Shown here: in pieces, positions 41,430-51,441 of the stretch
How the letters are laid out: each line of letters starts with the position of its first letter
How positions within the stretch are numbered: position 1 is the stretch's first letter
Assembly (NCBI GenBank): GCA_965198225.1
Contig: CBDAOY010000008.1
Span: 128,001 to 192,000 of the forward strand
Length of the DNA: 64,000 nt
Reading direction: 5' to 3'
DNA from: Terriglobia bacterium
GTDB lineage: Bacteria > Acidobacteriota > Terriglobia > 20CM-2-55-15
Notes under the pieces: generated by a model
What the model was told of the DNA's origin: nothing
The model's input: only the letters and a program-made list of their open reading frames with translations
Database searches by the model: none
Program-made: the position numbers and the translations under genes

Positions 41430-42140
41430 TTAGTCCTTGAAGTCGATCCCTTGGGTGCGGAGCCAGTCGATCCACCCGATCATCGAGGGGTTCGGCGGGC
41501 GTACCTCATAGTAGGGAATCAGCGGCCTGTATCGATCGAAGGCTCGTCGCAGCAGGTCGACCGCGTCCGGCTCACCCGATTTCCTGGGTGTAAAGTCGAC
41601 ACGCAGATCGGTTCGGCCGTAGGGCTTTCGGTCGTAGACCATCAGGCAGGCCGAGCGATGCCCGCCAGCATCACCGCCGGCGTCTCGCCCGGCGGTGATC
41701 ACACGCATCAGCCGCTCCTCGAACAGTTCCTGCTTGTTTTCTTGCCACGCGGTGTCCATGTCGGGCAGAACGCGATCGCTCGCCATCAGATTGCCCATCA
41801 CGACATAGCCTTCGCCGGTAATGGCTCCCTTGTGCTCAGGGTTCTCCACTCCGGTGTGCACCCCGACCCGGCCGTGACAATCGACGATGCCGATCTGTCG
41901 ATACTCGAAACCGTCATCGCTTTCCCTTAGTTCGGCCAGCACTTCCGAAGGTGAGCGACCTGCGGCGAGCAGGTCGAGTGCGCGTGGGCCCAGGCCGGGA
42001 TCGGTGTAGGCCTGCGTACTCACCGCGCCGACGTCGGCGCGGACGAACGGGCAGCGGGCGCCAACCGACAAGGGATTGGTCGCCTGGGCGATGCCGAGCA
42101 GCCTGTTCTCCGGGTCGCGGGCGACAACGGTGAAAGTCAC
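41430..42140 (-). CDS. DUF1028 (Ntn-hydrolase-like) protein
   Basis: MTFTVVARDP, VGAVSTQA, RQIGIVD, GGD...SA and DLRVD. Confidence 0.88.
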   Translation of the reverse strand: MTFTVVARDPENRLLGIAQATNPLSVGARCPFVRADVGAVSTQAYTDPGLGPRALDLLAAGRSPSEVLAELRESDDGFEYRQIGIVDCHGRVGVHTGVENPEHKGAITGEGYVVMGNLMASDRVLPDMDTAWQENKQELFEERLMRVITAGRDAGGDAGGHRSACLMVYDRKPYGRTDLRVDFTPRKSGEPDAVDLLRRAFDRYRPLIPYYEVRPPNPSMIGWIDWLRTQGIDFKD

Positions 42141-42143
42141 GCT

Positions 42144-43298
42144 TTATGATTCCCAGCTATCGTCTGCGCCGTCGGCGAGGGTAAACCGGGAGTCGGTGTC
42201 CAACACCCGGGCGTGTTCGGCGCGCCACCCCACACTCACGGTATCGCCTGGCTTGCCGCTGTGTACTCCAGTGACGTCGACGCGGACGACGCCCTCGCCG
42301 AGGCGAATGGTGAGGCGAGTGACGCTCCCAAGATATGCGGTGTCGACCAGCAGGCCGCTCCGGGCGAACTCCTGCTCCTGAGCCAGGGAGGAGCCGAGCA
42401 CGATGTGTTCGGGCCGGATCGAAACCAGAACCGAATCGCCCTTCGATGGCTCGAACCCGGGCGCCAGGCATCCGCGCATGGTCCCGAACGGCGTTTCGAC
42501 CGTGGTGTCTTTTCCGTTCGTGTCCCCAAGCCGGCCCTCGATGAGGTTCGCCTCGCCGATGAAGTCGGCGACATAGGCGGTCGCCGGCGCCTGGTAAATA
42601 TCGATCGGGCTGCCCTGCTGCACGACGCGCCCGTGATCCATCACCACAACGGTATCGGAGAGGTTCAGCGCCTCTTCCTGATCGTGCGTGACGTAGACGA
42701 AAGTAACACCGACCTCACGCTGCAACTTCTTGAGCTCGTTCTGCATGTGCTTGCGCATCTTCAAGTCGAGCGCCCCGAGCGGCTCGTCGAGCAGCAGGAC
42801 CCTCGGCCGCGTGACCAGCGCTCGTGCTAGTGCGACCCGCTGTTGCTGCCCGCCCGACATCTGGTTCGGATACTTGGCAAGCTGCCCGGCGAGCCCGAGC
42901 AGGTCGACCATTTCGGCGACCCGGGCCTCAATGCTGCTCCTGCACATTTTCTGCATGCGGAGTCCGAAGGCCACGTTCTCTTCGGCCGTCATGTGCGGGA
43001 AGAGCGCGTAATTCTGGAAGACCATCCGCGTGACCCGGCGGGACGGGTCTTTCTGGAAGACCGGCATGCCCGCGACCCGGATCGTGCCTTCGTCGGGCAC
43101 CTCCAGGCCCCCGATCATGCGCAGTGTAGTGGTTTTGCCGCAACCGCTTGGGCCGAGCAGCGTGACGAACCGGCCGCTCTCGACGGCCAGATCGATTCCG
43201 TCCACCGCGGCAAATGCACCGAAGCGTTTCACAACGCCGTGCAGCTCGACGTCGAGTGAGCTCACCGGACTGCTCGACTTGCCGGCACCATCGATCAC
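42144..43298 (-). CDS. Polyamine-type ABC transporter ATPase (PotA-like)
   Basis: GPSGCGKTT, MSGGQQQR, LLLDEP, VTHDQEEA and a TOBE domain. Confidence 0.93.
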   Translation of the reverse strand: MIDGAGKSSSPVSSLDVELHGVVKRFGAFAAVDGIDLAVESGRFVTLLGPSGCGKTTTLRMIGGLEVPDEGTIRVAGMPVFQKDPSRRVTRMVFQNYALFPHMTAEENVAFGLRMQKMCRSSIEARVAEMVDLLGLAGQLAKYPNQMSGGQQQRVALARALVTRPRVLLLDEPLGALDLKMRKHMQNELKKLQREVGVTFVYVTHDQEEALNLSDTVVVMDHGRVVQQGSPIDIYQAPATAYVADFIGEANLIEGRLGDTNGKDTTVETPFGTMRGCLAPGFEPSKGDSVLVSIRPEHIVLGSSLAQEQEFARSGLLVDTAYLGSVTRLTIRLGEGVVRVDVTGVHSGKPGDTVSVGWRAEHARVLDTDSRFTLADGADDSWES

Positions 43299-44370
43299 GC
43301 CGCCTTCACTTCGTTCCAGATCTCGTTCCAGCGCGACTTGTTCTCCGGCATGCCTTTGAAGACCAGCTGGTCGACCTTTGAGATGTCGATGCCGAGATCC
43401 TCCACCAGCTCTGGCTCCAACCGATCGACCGCCGCCCGGGACGCCGGCGCGTAGCGTGTCGTCCGGGCCATGAACTCGCCGTAGTCGGCACTGAGCGTGA
43501 AGTTGGCGTAATCCTGCACCAGATCCAGCTGATCGGTGCCCTTGACCGGTGTGATCGATTCACTCCGATGGCGCCCTCTTTCGGCCAGGCCCAGCCGATA
43601 TCGACGCCGGCGCTCCGCAACGGCGCCACGACGGCGAGGAAAGTCCAGGCCACCACGACTTCGCCGGATGCCAGCATGTTCTGCACGTCGGCGACGTTTC
43701 GGTAGTAGGCACGAACGAGAGGCTTTTGCGAGATCAGCAGCTTCTTGACTTCCTGGAGCTCGCTCTCCCCCATCGAGTAGGGCTCGGTGATGCCGAGCTT
43801 CAGGGCCGCAATCGCGAGAGTGTCCTCGGGCTCGTCGCGGATGGCGATGCGGCCGCCGAACTTCGGGTCGAACAGCGCGTCGAGCGAGTCCACCTCTCCG
43901 GTCTCTGCGCGGTTGAACGCCATTGCATTAGCGCCCCAGACGAATGGAACGCCGTAGAGATCGCCGTCGACACGCCATTGTGGCGACTGCCTGAACTCGT
44001 CAAATACGTGCCGGCTGTTCGTCAGCCTGGAAGGATCGAGCGGCTCGATCAACCCCGCCCGAACGGCAGGCAGCACGTAGTTCTGGGTCGGAACGATCAT
44101 GTCGTAGATTCTGGTGCCGCCGCCTCGCAGCTTGGCCATCATTTCATCCGAGCTGCTGTAGAAGGTCGATCTCAGCTCTACTCCGAGCTTTGCCCGGGCC
44201 TCGTCGATGAAACCCGGCTCGCCCCAGGTCGACCATGTAAAGAGGTCGAGAGCCTTGTCGTCGCCGCAGGCACCGGTCAGCGCCGTTCCCATCCCGGCAA
44301 GAAGGAGCTGGTTGAAGCGCCGGCGCGACATATCGCGCGGCAGCAAGATACTGATTGAATCCCGATCCAT
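43295..44370 (-). pseudogene. PotD/PotF-like substrate-binding lipoprotein with a frameshift near 43565
   Basis: Tat SRRRF, lipobox LTGAC, YGVPFVWG and WPKEGAIG. The frame changes to SESITPVKG...WNEIWNEVKAA; restoring 4 nt (GGCTGG) would give the expected IGWSE. Confidence 0.82.
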
Positions 44371-44371
44371 C

Positions 44372-45175
44372 CTAAACTCCTTGTGGCGACAGCTTCTGCG
44401 CCCGACGGAGCGACACTTCCGCAACGACGGCGAACGAAGCGCTGACGATCGTGGTGAGTGTCGCGATCGCGTTCACTTCAGGCGTGAGGCCGAATCGAAG
44501 CATTGACCAGACGACCATCGGCAGGGTGTTTTCCGTGCCGGTCGTGAAGAACGTCACGATGACCTCGTCGAACGATAATGTAAACGACATCAAACCGGCT
44601 GCGATAATAGCCGGTTTCAAGAAGGGTATCGTGATCTCCCGGAAAATGGTAAGCGTACCCGCCCCCAGGTCCCAGGCGGCTTCCTCTATCGCCCGGTCGA
44701 AGCCTGCCAGCCGGGCCGACGCGATCAAGATGACATAAGGCAGCGTCATCACGACATGACCGGCGATGACGGTCACCAGCGACAGATCGCTCCGGATCAG
44801 GTTGTAGAACGTGAGCAGGGCGATGCCGATGATCAGTCGCGGCACCATCATCGGCGTGAGGCTGAACGCCCGCAGCGCGGCTGCCGTGCGGCCGGCGTAG
44901 TGATGGATTCCCACCGCAGCAGTGATGCCAAGCGTGAGACTGATCACGAGCGTTGTCATGGCGACGATGAGGCTGTTTCCAATCGCGCCATGCATGGCGC
45001 TGTTTGCGAAGAGCCTGGCGTACCAGTCGAGCGTGAAACCGGAGAGCGGAAAACGGCTGATTGGCGAGTCGTTGAAAGAAAAAAGGGCGACCACGAAGAG
45101 CGGGGCGAACAGGAAGAACAGGACGAGTGCGGTCCAGAGGCCGAGGAAGAGCCTGGCCGTATCCCTGCGCCTCAT
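44372..45175 (-). CDS. ABC permease (PotC-like)
   Basis: SFN, GFTLDWY, EEAAWDLGA, SFDE and TLP. Confidence 0.92.
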   Translation of the reverse strand: MRRRDTARLFLGLWTALVLFFLFAPLFVVALFSFNDSPISRFPLSGFTLDWYARLFANSAMHGAIGNSLIVAMTTLVISLTLGITAAVGIHHYAGRTAAALRAFSLTPMMVPRLIIGIALLTFYNLIRSDLSLVTVIAGHVVMTLPYVILIASARLAGFDRAIEEAAWDLGAGTLTIFREITIPFLKPAIIAAGLMSFTLSFDEVIVTFFTTGTENTLPMVVWSMLRFGLTPEVNAIATLTTIVSASFAVVAEVSLRRAQKLSPQGV

Positions 45176-46017
45176 TGGGCGCCCCGAAGACGTCCGCCGC
45201 GAAGCATGAGGGCCGCCGCGACGAAGATGAATCCCATCAGCACCAGCGCGAGCGCCGAACCGAACGGATAGTCATATGTCACCCCGAATTGCTGCGCGAT
45301 GATGCTGCCGATCATGATGCTCCGCGTCCCCCCCAGAAGCTCGGGCGTGACGAAGGCTCCCATGGACGGGATGAAAACGAACAGGCATCCTGTTGCGACG
45401 CCGGGCAGGCTGAGCGGCAGGATCACCGAGAAGAACGTCCGGACGTGACCGCCGCCCAGATCCCACGCCGCTTCGAGAACGTTGGGATCGATCCTCTCCA
45501 GCACCGCGTAAAGAGGGAGGATCAGATAGGGCATGTAAATATGAACGAGGGCGATCGATACGGCGAAATCGGAATAGAGCAGCCAGGTTACAGGCTCGCT
45601 GGTCAAACCCATCGCCAGCAGAAGGCGATTGACCACGCCTTCGGTTCCCAGGATCAGCATCCAGGCGTAGGAACGGACCAGATAGCTCGTCCAGAGCGGC
45701 AGAATTACCAGCATTAGGAGCGTCAGCTTGAAATATCGAACCTTCCTGGCGAGAAAATACGCCACCGGGTACCCGATCAATAGAGAGAGCACTGTGACGA
45801 AGATCGACAATCGGATGGTCCGGGCGAACACGCCGACGTAGAGGTCCCCCGAGATCCTCCGGTAGTTGTTCAGCGTGAAGTCGGCGACGATCTGGTAATC
45901 GATGACGCGCCAGAAGCTATAGAGGACAATCGCCGCCATCGGCATGACGAAGAAAACCAGCAGCCACAGTTTCGGCGCGGCAAGGAATGCGAGGTTGGTG
46001 GTCGTCGAACGACGCAT
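45172..46017 (-). CDS. ABC permease (PotB-like)
   Basis: GYPVAY, LPLWTSYLVR, EAAWDLG and TPELLGG. Confidence 0.92.
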   Translation of the reverse strand: MRRSTTTNLAFLAAPKLWLLVFFVMPMAAIVLYSFWRVIDYQIVADFTLNNYRRISGDLYVGVFARTIRLSIFVTVLSLLIGYPVAYFLARKVRYFKLTLLMLVILPLWTSYLVRSYAWMLILGTEGVVNRLLLAMGLTSEPVTWLLYSDFAVSIALVHIYMPYLILPLYAVLERIDPNVLEAAWDLGGGHVRTFFSVILPLSLPGVATGCLFVFIPSMGAFVTPELLGGTRSIMIGSIIAQQFGVTYDYPFGSALALVLMGFIFVAAALMLRGGRLRGAQ

Positions 46018-46031
46018 GTCGGATCAGATGG

Positions 46032-47297
46032 TCACGAAGTCGCAGACTTCCCGGCAAGACTGCCGGCCACGAAATCGTCGTATACCAGTGCCTTGCTGTT
46101 GTGGGTCAGTCGTTCGTGCCCCGTTTCGGTGACGATCATGGTGTCCTCGCACAGGAAACCCTGTACGCCCTGCATGTAGTAACCGACTTCGATGTTCAGG
46201 GACATGCCGGGTTCCAGCCCGCCTTCGACCGAGGGCATCAGGAACGCGGACTTCGAGGCGTCGGCAAGCGTGACGATCGGGGGATCGTAGACGCTGATGC
46301 CAATGCCGTGGCCGCAGTGGAAGCGGTCGAAGTCCACCAGGCCGGCCGTCTGGCCGGGTTGCATCGCTGCGCGGTAGATCTCCCGCACGTCTGCGCCGGG
46401 CTTTATCAGGGCGATGGCATTCTCGACACCCTCGGACAGCGCGTCCCATATTCTCTGCTGCTCTTCGGTCGGCGTGCCCACGACGACGGCATGGGCGGTG
46501 TCGGAGTGATAGTAGCCGTAGGTGCAGCCGATGTCGTAGCGCACGATGTTGTTGCTCTCGATGATCTTGTCGGACTTGAGGATGTGTGGATACGAGGTCC
46601 GGCTGCCGCTGCCGAGGATCATGAAGCTCGGCCGGGCGTCCTGGTCGACGATCCGGCAGTGATAGTCGTGGACGATGTCACTTTCCTTCGCGCCGGGCTG
46701 AACCAGTCGGTAGGCCTGATTGATCGCCTCTTCGGTGATACGCGAGGCTTCGCGGAGACGATGGATCTCTTCCGGGGTTTTCACCATCCGAATCTCCCAC
46801 CAGACGGAGTTTCCAGGGACGAAATCCGCGTTCGGGAAGCTCCGCTTTAGCTCCGAGAAGAAGGAAGGCGACATGCCGATCTCGTCAACGGCAATGCGGC
46901 CCTTTTCGAGGCCACGTGCTTCGATCGCCGCGATCAGGCCGTCAACGGCGCGCCTGACCGTGTGAGCTCGCTCGAGGAGGGCTTTACCCTCGCTGCCGAC
47001 GCGGTCCATCTTCCTGCCCCCGGCCGGACCCCGCTTGAAGGGGCTGAAGATGTAGATGTCTTCGACCCAGGCGTCACCGTCGACGATGGCTTCGAGTTCG
47101 AGGCTGGGCGCGATGAGGGATGCCTGCGGGCTGTGGGCGGCAGCAAAAAGCGAGTAGACCTGGAAGCCCTTGTTGGCCCAGTGCGTGATGCACTCGTAGT
47201 CTGTCGCGTACATGACGTTGTCGGGAGAGGTGGCCACGATCGCATCGATACCATCCCTCGCCATGATCCGTTCCGCACGCGGCTGGTTAAACAACAT
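46032..47297 (-). CDS. M24 Xaa-Pro peptidase/creatinase-fold hydrolase
   Basis: AAAGGAG RBS, RMVKTPEEI, YDIG..Y.SD, GHGIG, NIE and ED metal ligands. Confidence 0.88.
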   Translation of the reverse strand: MLFNQPRAERIMARDGIDAIVATSPDNVMYATDYECITHWANKGFQVYSLFAAAHSPQASLIAPSLELEAIVDGDAWVEDIYIFSPFKRGPAGGRKMDRVGSEGKALLERAHTVRRAVDGLIAAIEARGLEKGRIAVDEIGMSPSFFSELKRSFPNADFVPGNSVWWEIRMVKTPEEIHRLREASRITEEAINQAYRLVQPGAKESDIVHDYHCRIVDQDARPSFMILGSGSRTSYPHILKSDKIIESNNIVRYDIGCTYGYYHSDTAHAVVVGTPTEEQQRIWDALSEGVENAIALIKPGADVREIYRAAMQPGQTAGLVDFDRFHCGHGIGISVYDPPIVTLADASKSAFLMPSVEGGLEPGMSLNIEVGYYMQGVQGFLCEDTMIVTETGHERLTHNSKALVYDDFVAGSLAGKSATS

Positions 47298-47599
47298 GGG
47301 GGCTCCTTTCGATTGCCCGCTGGGGGTGTTCCGATTCGGTAGTAGGGGCTTAGACCCCACTACCTCCGATTCTCGCTAGACCTCGAATCGGGCTGTGTCT
47401 TGCCAAAGAACGCATTCTATACAAGAGCGGCCGGAACCGGGTCAACGAATCCGATCCCCCTATGCGAGAGTTTGATTGCGCCCGACCCTCTCTTCCGTAA
47501 TACTTGCCCAGTTTTCCGGGAATGGCTCAGTTACGAAATCCGCTGCGAGGCTGAGCTCACAATGCTGGACGAGGTGCTCCAGGAACCGAAGGAGGTTGA

Positions 47600-47884
47600 A
47601 TGAGGCTGAAGATCGTTAGCACGCTTTTCCTGTGCCTCGTGCTGTTCGCTGGATGTGGAACAACACCCGCCCATGAGCCCCCCGAACCGGAGCCGACCAC
47701 AGACATCGGTCACGATAACGTGATGATCGACCTGTGGGAAGCGAACGCCATCGCGTTCGGAACCGTGGCCAGCGCCGGAGACATCGAGCAGCGTGTGGCC
47801 GAGGGCTTTTCGGCGCTTCTCATGTCGGGAGACCATGCGGATTCGACCATCGAACTCGGAAGAACCGCCGCTGGTCGCCAGTAG
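47600..47884 (+). pseudogene. Lipoprotein; internally deleted HpcH/HpaI aldolase homolog
   Basis: Lipobox FAGC. NVMIDLWEANAIAFG matches the N-terminus, and IEQRVAEGF...GRTAAGR matches the C-terminus, of the aldolase at 59057-60064. Confidence 0.6.
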
Positions 47885-48004
47885 TTCGACAACACCAGAA
47901 CTGCCGACTTAACGGCTTCTGTGGACACAACTTGATCGGGCCGCGTTCGATTCCGGTCCCAAGCGTTTAATCAGCAATCGCTAACTTACGGAAGGAAGGC
48001 CACC

Positions 48005-48502
48005 ATGATGAGGCGTAAGAGCGCATTCGTAGCTGCAATGGGCTGCCTGGCAGTTCTCGCTTTCGGATGCACTGCAACGATCGAACCCAGCGAGACCCAG
48101 TCTGAGCCGCCCGCCGAGAATGTGCGCACGGTGATTCGACCCGAGGACTACCCCTACTTCGGGTTCCCATACAGCCCCGGCATCCTTGTCGGCGACACGC
48201 TCTACATCGCCGGCCACCTGGGACGCGATCCGGAGAGCACCGAATTGGTGGAGGGCGGACTCGAAGCCGAAACGCGGCAGGCGATGGCGAACATTCGCGA
48301 GGTGCTGACCGAAGCCGGCATGGGATTCGACGACGTCGTTTCGGTGACGGCCTACATCGCGAACATCGACGACTTCCCGAGGTTCAACGCGGTTTACCGC
48401 GAGTATTTCCCGGACGACCCGCCGGCGAGGGCCACCGTGCAGGTGGCGGCGCTGAACGTGGGCGGGCAGGTCGAGCTCCAGATGATCGCGGTCAAGCAAT
48501 AG
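48005..48502 (+). CDS. RidA family lipoprotein
   Basis: Lipobox AFGC, PYSPG, FNAVYREYF, PPARATV and VELQ. Confidence 0.88.
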   Translation: MMRRKSAFVAAMGCLAVLAFGCTATIEPSETQSEPPAENVRTVIRPEDYPYFGFPYSPGILVGDTLYIAGHLGRDPESTELVEGGLEAETRQAMANIREVLTEAGMGFDDVVSVTAYIANIDDFPRFNAVYREYFPDDPPARATVQVAALNVGGQVELQMIAVKQ

Positions 48503-48506
48503 CGAG

Positions 48507-48720
48507 GTGTAGGTGCGGTCTATGACCGCACACTCCTCGAACCGAAACGATGTGCGCTCACAGAGCGCACCTACACCCGATCGTGAAGTGCGTCGCTTAC
48601 TGATTCGAACGGGCTTAGCCCGTGCCAGAGGGTTCCCTACAGATGTTGTGGCCACCAATCGGTCTATGACCGCACATTCTTCGGGGCGAAACGTTGTGCG
48701 CTCATAGAGCGCGCCTACAC
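48507..48720. repeat. Two REP doublets (second one partial)
   Basis: Doublets at 48507-48576 and 48660-48720. Confidence 0.85.
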
Positions 48721-49124
48721 TGTTTTGGATGGCGATCGTCTAAAGCCGTCAATGAAGTCTCGGGTAGCGCTTGTTGCGGTCTGGTTCCTTGGAATCCTCA
48801 CTCTGAATGGAGTGGCGCATTTGCAGAAGCCGGAGTATGGAGGAATCGGCGAAGCCTGGACTTCGTCGCCGGATGGTGACCCGGTGGAAGTGGCAGAGCA
48901 ATAGCCAGTCGGCTCCCGGCTTTTCGTCGCGTTCCGGAGATTCGATCCTGTGCCCGGTACGGACGAAATCCGAATCGGTCATTGCACTGAACTTCGACCT
49001 TTCGTAGTATTTACAAAATTTTCTCCAACGATTCTAGTTGGACCGAACCCTCGCTGCTCGGGATCGATGGCGGGGTATTGATCGGCAGCTTGGGTCGGCG
49101 AGACCCACAAGGGAGAACATCATC

Positions 49125-49946
49125 ATGCAGCACGACCATGAAGAATCGAAGGTCAGGAGGTACCGAAGAGGGGGGTTGCTCCTGATTGCCGCACTGATCG
49201 TCGTAGGGATGTGGAATCCGGTTTCAAGCGGGGAGGCCGCGCGGACCGGGTCGATCATGCAAAGCGGGACCGCCTGGGACGGAGTCTATACCGACGCCCA
49301 GGCAAGGGCCGGCGAGACGGTATTCCAGGCCAACTGCGACGTTTGTCACGGAGAGACGGCCCGGGGCGGAGGCTCGGAGGGCACGAGACTCAACGAGCCC
49401 GGTTTCTTCGAGAACTGGCGCGAGGACACCGTTGGGAGTCTTTACACGAAGGTCCGATCGACCATGCCCCGTCGCAGCCCTCCGCTGAGCGACCCGGAGT
49501 ACCTGGTTGCCGTGGCGTTCCTCCTGGAGAAGCTCGGTTTCCCCGCCGGGGACGTCGAACTGAATCCCAGTTCAGCCGGCAACATTCGAATCGAAGGCAA
49601 AGACGGTCCAAAGCCGCTGCCTCCCAATTCGCTGGTTAAAACCGCCGGTTGCATGACGCAGGTCGGTGGGGACTGGACGCTGACGATGGCCACCAATCCG
49701 ACGCGGAACAGAAATCCGGATCCGGAGAGGGCATCCACGCCGGAAGAACTGGGTGCCGCACGCGGCCTCCCGATGGGCGACCTGACGTTCAACCTCGCGA
49801 ACTTCTTCATGCTTGGCGATTTCGACCCCGCTGCCCACGAGGGTCACAGGATGCTCGCGAGAGGTGCGCTGATCAGCCGTCCCAGCGGAGATCGCATCAG
49901 CCTGACCAACATGGACATGCTGAGTCCCGGGTGTGACCCACAGTGA
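49125..49946 (+). CDS. Monoheme cytochrome c with C-terminal extra domain
   Basis: WDGVYTDAQARAG, CDVCHG and the distal Met motif TMP. Confidence 0.85.
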   Translation: MQHDHEESKVRRYRRGGLLLIAALIVVGMWNPVSSGEAARTGSIMQSGTAWDGVYTDAQARAGETVFQANCDVCHGETARGGGSEGTRLNEPGFFENWREDTVGSLYTKVRSTMPRRSPPLSDPEYLVAVAFLLEKLGFPAGDVELNPSSAGNIRIEGKDGPKPLPPNSLVKTAGCMTQVGGDWTLTMATNPTRNRNPDPERASTPEELGAARGLPMGDLTFNLANFFMLGDFDPAAHEGHRMLARGALISRPSGDRISLTNMDMLSPGCDPQ

Positions 49947-49968
49947 GCGTGATCCGTCCGACCACGGC

Positions 49969-50625
49969 CTATTGAGTCGCCTGAAGGTTGCGACCGAGCT
50001 CCCACAGGATGTTCAAGCGGGAAGCGATCGCGGTTTGCTGAGCCACGTCGACGACGTCGGCGTGGAGCGTCCCCAGGATGTCGGACAGGGTGCGCCCAGC
50101 CAGGCCCCCGATCATTGCCAATCGTTCGTCGAGGCGTCTCGCAGCGAACGCGTCTCGGTCGTAGGGGAACGTTTCGGGGTCGCGTCCCGCGAGGGAGCGG
50201 AAGATATCCCTAGCAGCGTCTTCCAGTTCGTCCGATTTCTCTCGAATATCCTGGCGGGCCCACGGATCCTCGAGCGGCGCAAAGCGGAAAGAGCGAAACT
50301 CCACGGAGAGTCGGCCCAGTTTCGCGACATCCTTCAATAGATCACGGAGCTGCCTTCCCCGCCGGTCAATCCGACCTGGAGTTCCAGTCGTCCCCGACCA
50401 TCCGGGCCCTGCCGACGAAGGAGGGGCTCCCGACAGGACGCCGTCTTCATCGAATCCAAGGGTGTCGAAATCGATGCCTCGACTCTCGTCCTCAGCCTCC
50501 CGTGCTCTCTGCTCGAACTCTCGGGCTCTCCGCATCGCCTCGACGGTGTCGGGCCACGTCTGAGCGGGAGCAAGGGAGGGGAACAGAAGGATGCACATCG
50601 GAATGGCGTAGTAGATTGCCCTCAT
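49969..50625 (-). CDS. Secreted hypothetical protein
   Basis: Signal peptide MRAIYYAIPMCILLFPSLAPA followed by a helical body. Confidence 0.6.
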   Translation of the reverse strand: MRAIYYAIPMCILLFPSLAPAQTWPDTVEAMRRAREFEQRAREAEDESRGIDFDTLGFDEDGVLSGAPPSSAGPGWSGTTGTPGRIDRRGRQLRDLLKDVAKLGRLSVEFRSFRFAPLEDPWARQDIREKSDELEDAARDIFRSLAGRDPETFPYDRDAFAARRLDERLAMIGGLAGRTLSDILGTLHADVVDVAQQTAIASRLNILWELGRNLQATQ

Positions 50626-50769
50626 CGGAGAAACCCCGGATCCGTCTGAAGCCAATGATGCGACGTTCGCGGGCGGAAGAGAAGACAAAACCGGTGGAGC
50701 CAACTGATTCCGACCGGCGCCGGCAGCTATAACGGACGCGTCTGGTGCTTCAACGAAGTGCGGGGAGTC

Positions 50770-51417
50770 TCAAAGCGCGGCGATGACCTCGACGGCGGTC
50801 TGGGGTTCCGGGCGAAACCTGTAATCCGGGTTCACTTCTACGTCGCGGATCGTGCCACCCGAATCGATGATGAATCGGGCCGGCATCGGTAAGGTCCAGC
50901 TGGCTTCGCCGTGGTTGGTTGCCAGATCGATGCCAAAGCTCAGGTAGACTTCCTGGAGATCGTCGGGCAGGCGGAAGCGAATCCCGAATCGTGCGGCCAC
51001 TTCGTTGCCCGGGTCCGACAGAATGTCGAAGGTCAGCTTGTGCCTTTCGATCATCTCCAGGCTGTGCTCGGCCAGTTGCGGTGTGACAACGACCAGCGTC
51101 GCCCCTCGTTCTTTCAAGCTTGCGACGATTCCTTGCAGAGCGTACAGCTCCGCGTTGCAGTAGGGTCACCACTTGCCCCGGAAGAAGCTCAGGACCAGGG
51201 CACCTTTCGCGAGCAGACGTTCCGATTCGACCAGTTCCCCCCGGGTGTTCGGAAGCGCAAAGTGCGGAACCGGGTCACCGACCCGGACGACGCCATCCAT
51301 GATGCCCGATGCCCGCAGGTCCTCGGTGGCCCGGTGCATGATCGCTTGTTTGTCGGGCGGGATGCGGGTCTTGGCACCCGCGCGAATCTTTTCGAGTTGT
51401 TCCGTGAGCCTCACCAC
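50770..51417 (-). CDS. AhpC/TSA peroxiredoxin-like selenoprotein (UxxC), 215 aa
   Basis: Two ORF-track pieces are in frame across TGA at 51166-51168: FFRGKW-U-PYCNAEL. The UGA sits at the first Cys of the family W-C-P-Y-C motif. Confidence 0.88.
51135..51153 (-). promoter_or_regulatory. Candidate bacterial SECIS element
   Basis: Hairpin GCGGAGC-UGUAC-GCUCUGC starting 12 nt downstream of the UGA, with GU in the apical loop. Confidence 0.72.
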
Positions 51418-51441
51418 GGCTTCCCTTTCGCTGCAGCAACG

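Noticed and set aside
48749-49007. Short ORFs between the REP cluster and cytochrome c, including a 50-aa signal-peptide-like frame starting at 48752
   Set aside because: They have no clear RBS or family motif; this may be a gene remnant but cannot be assigned.
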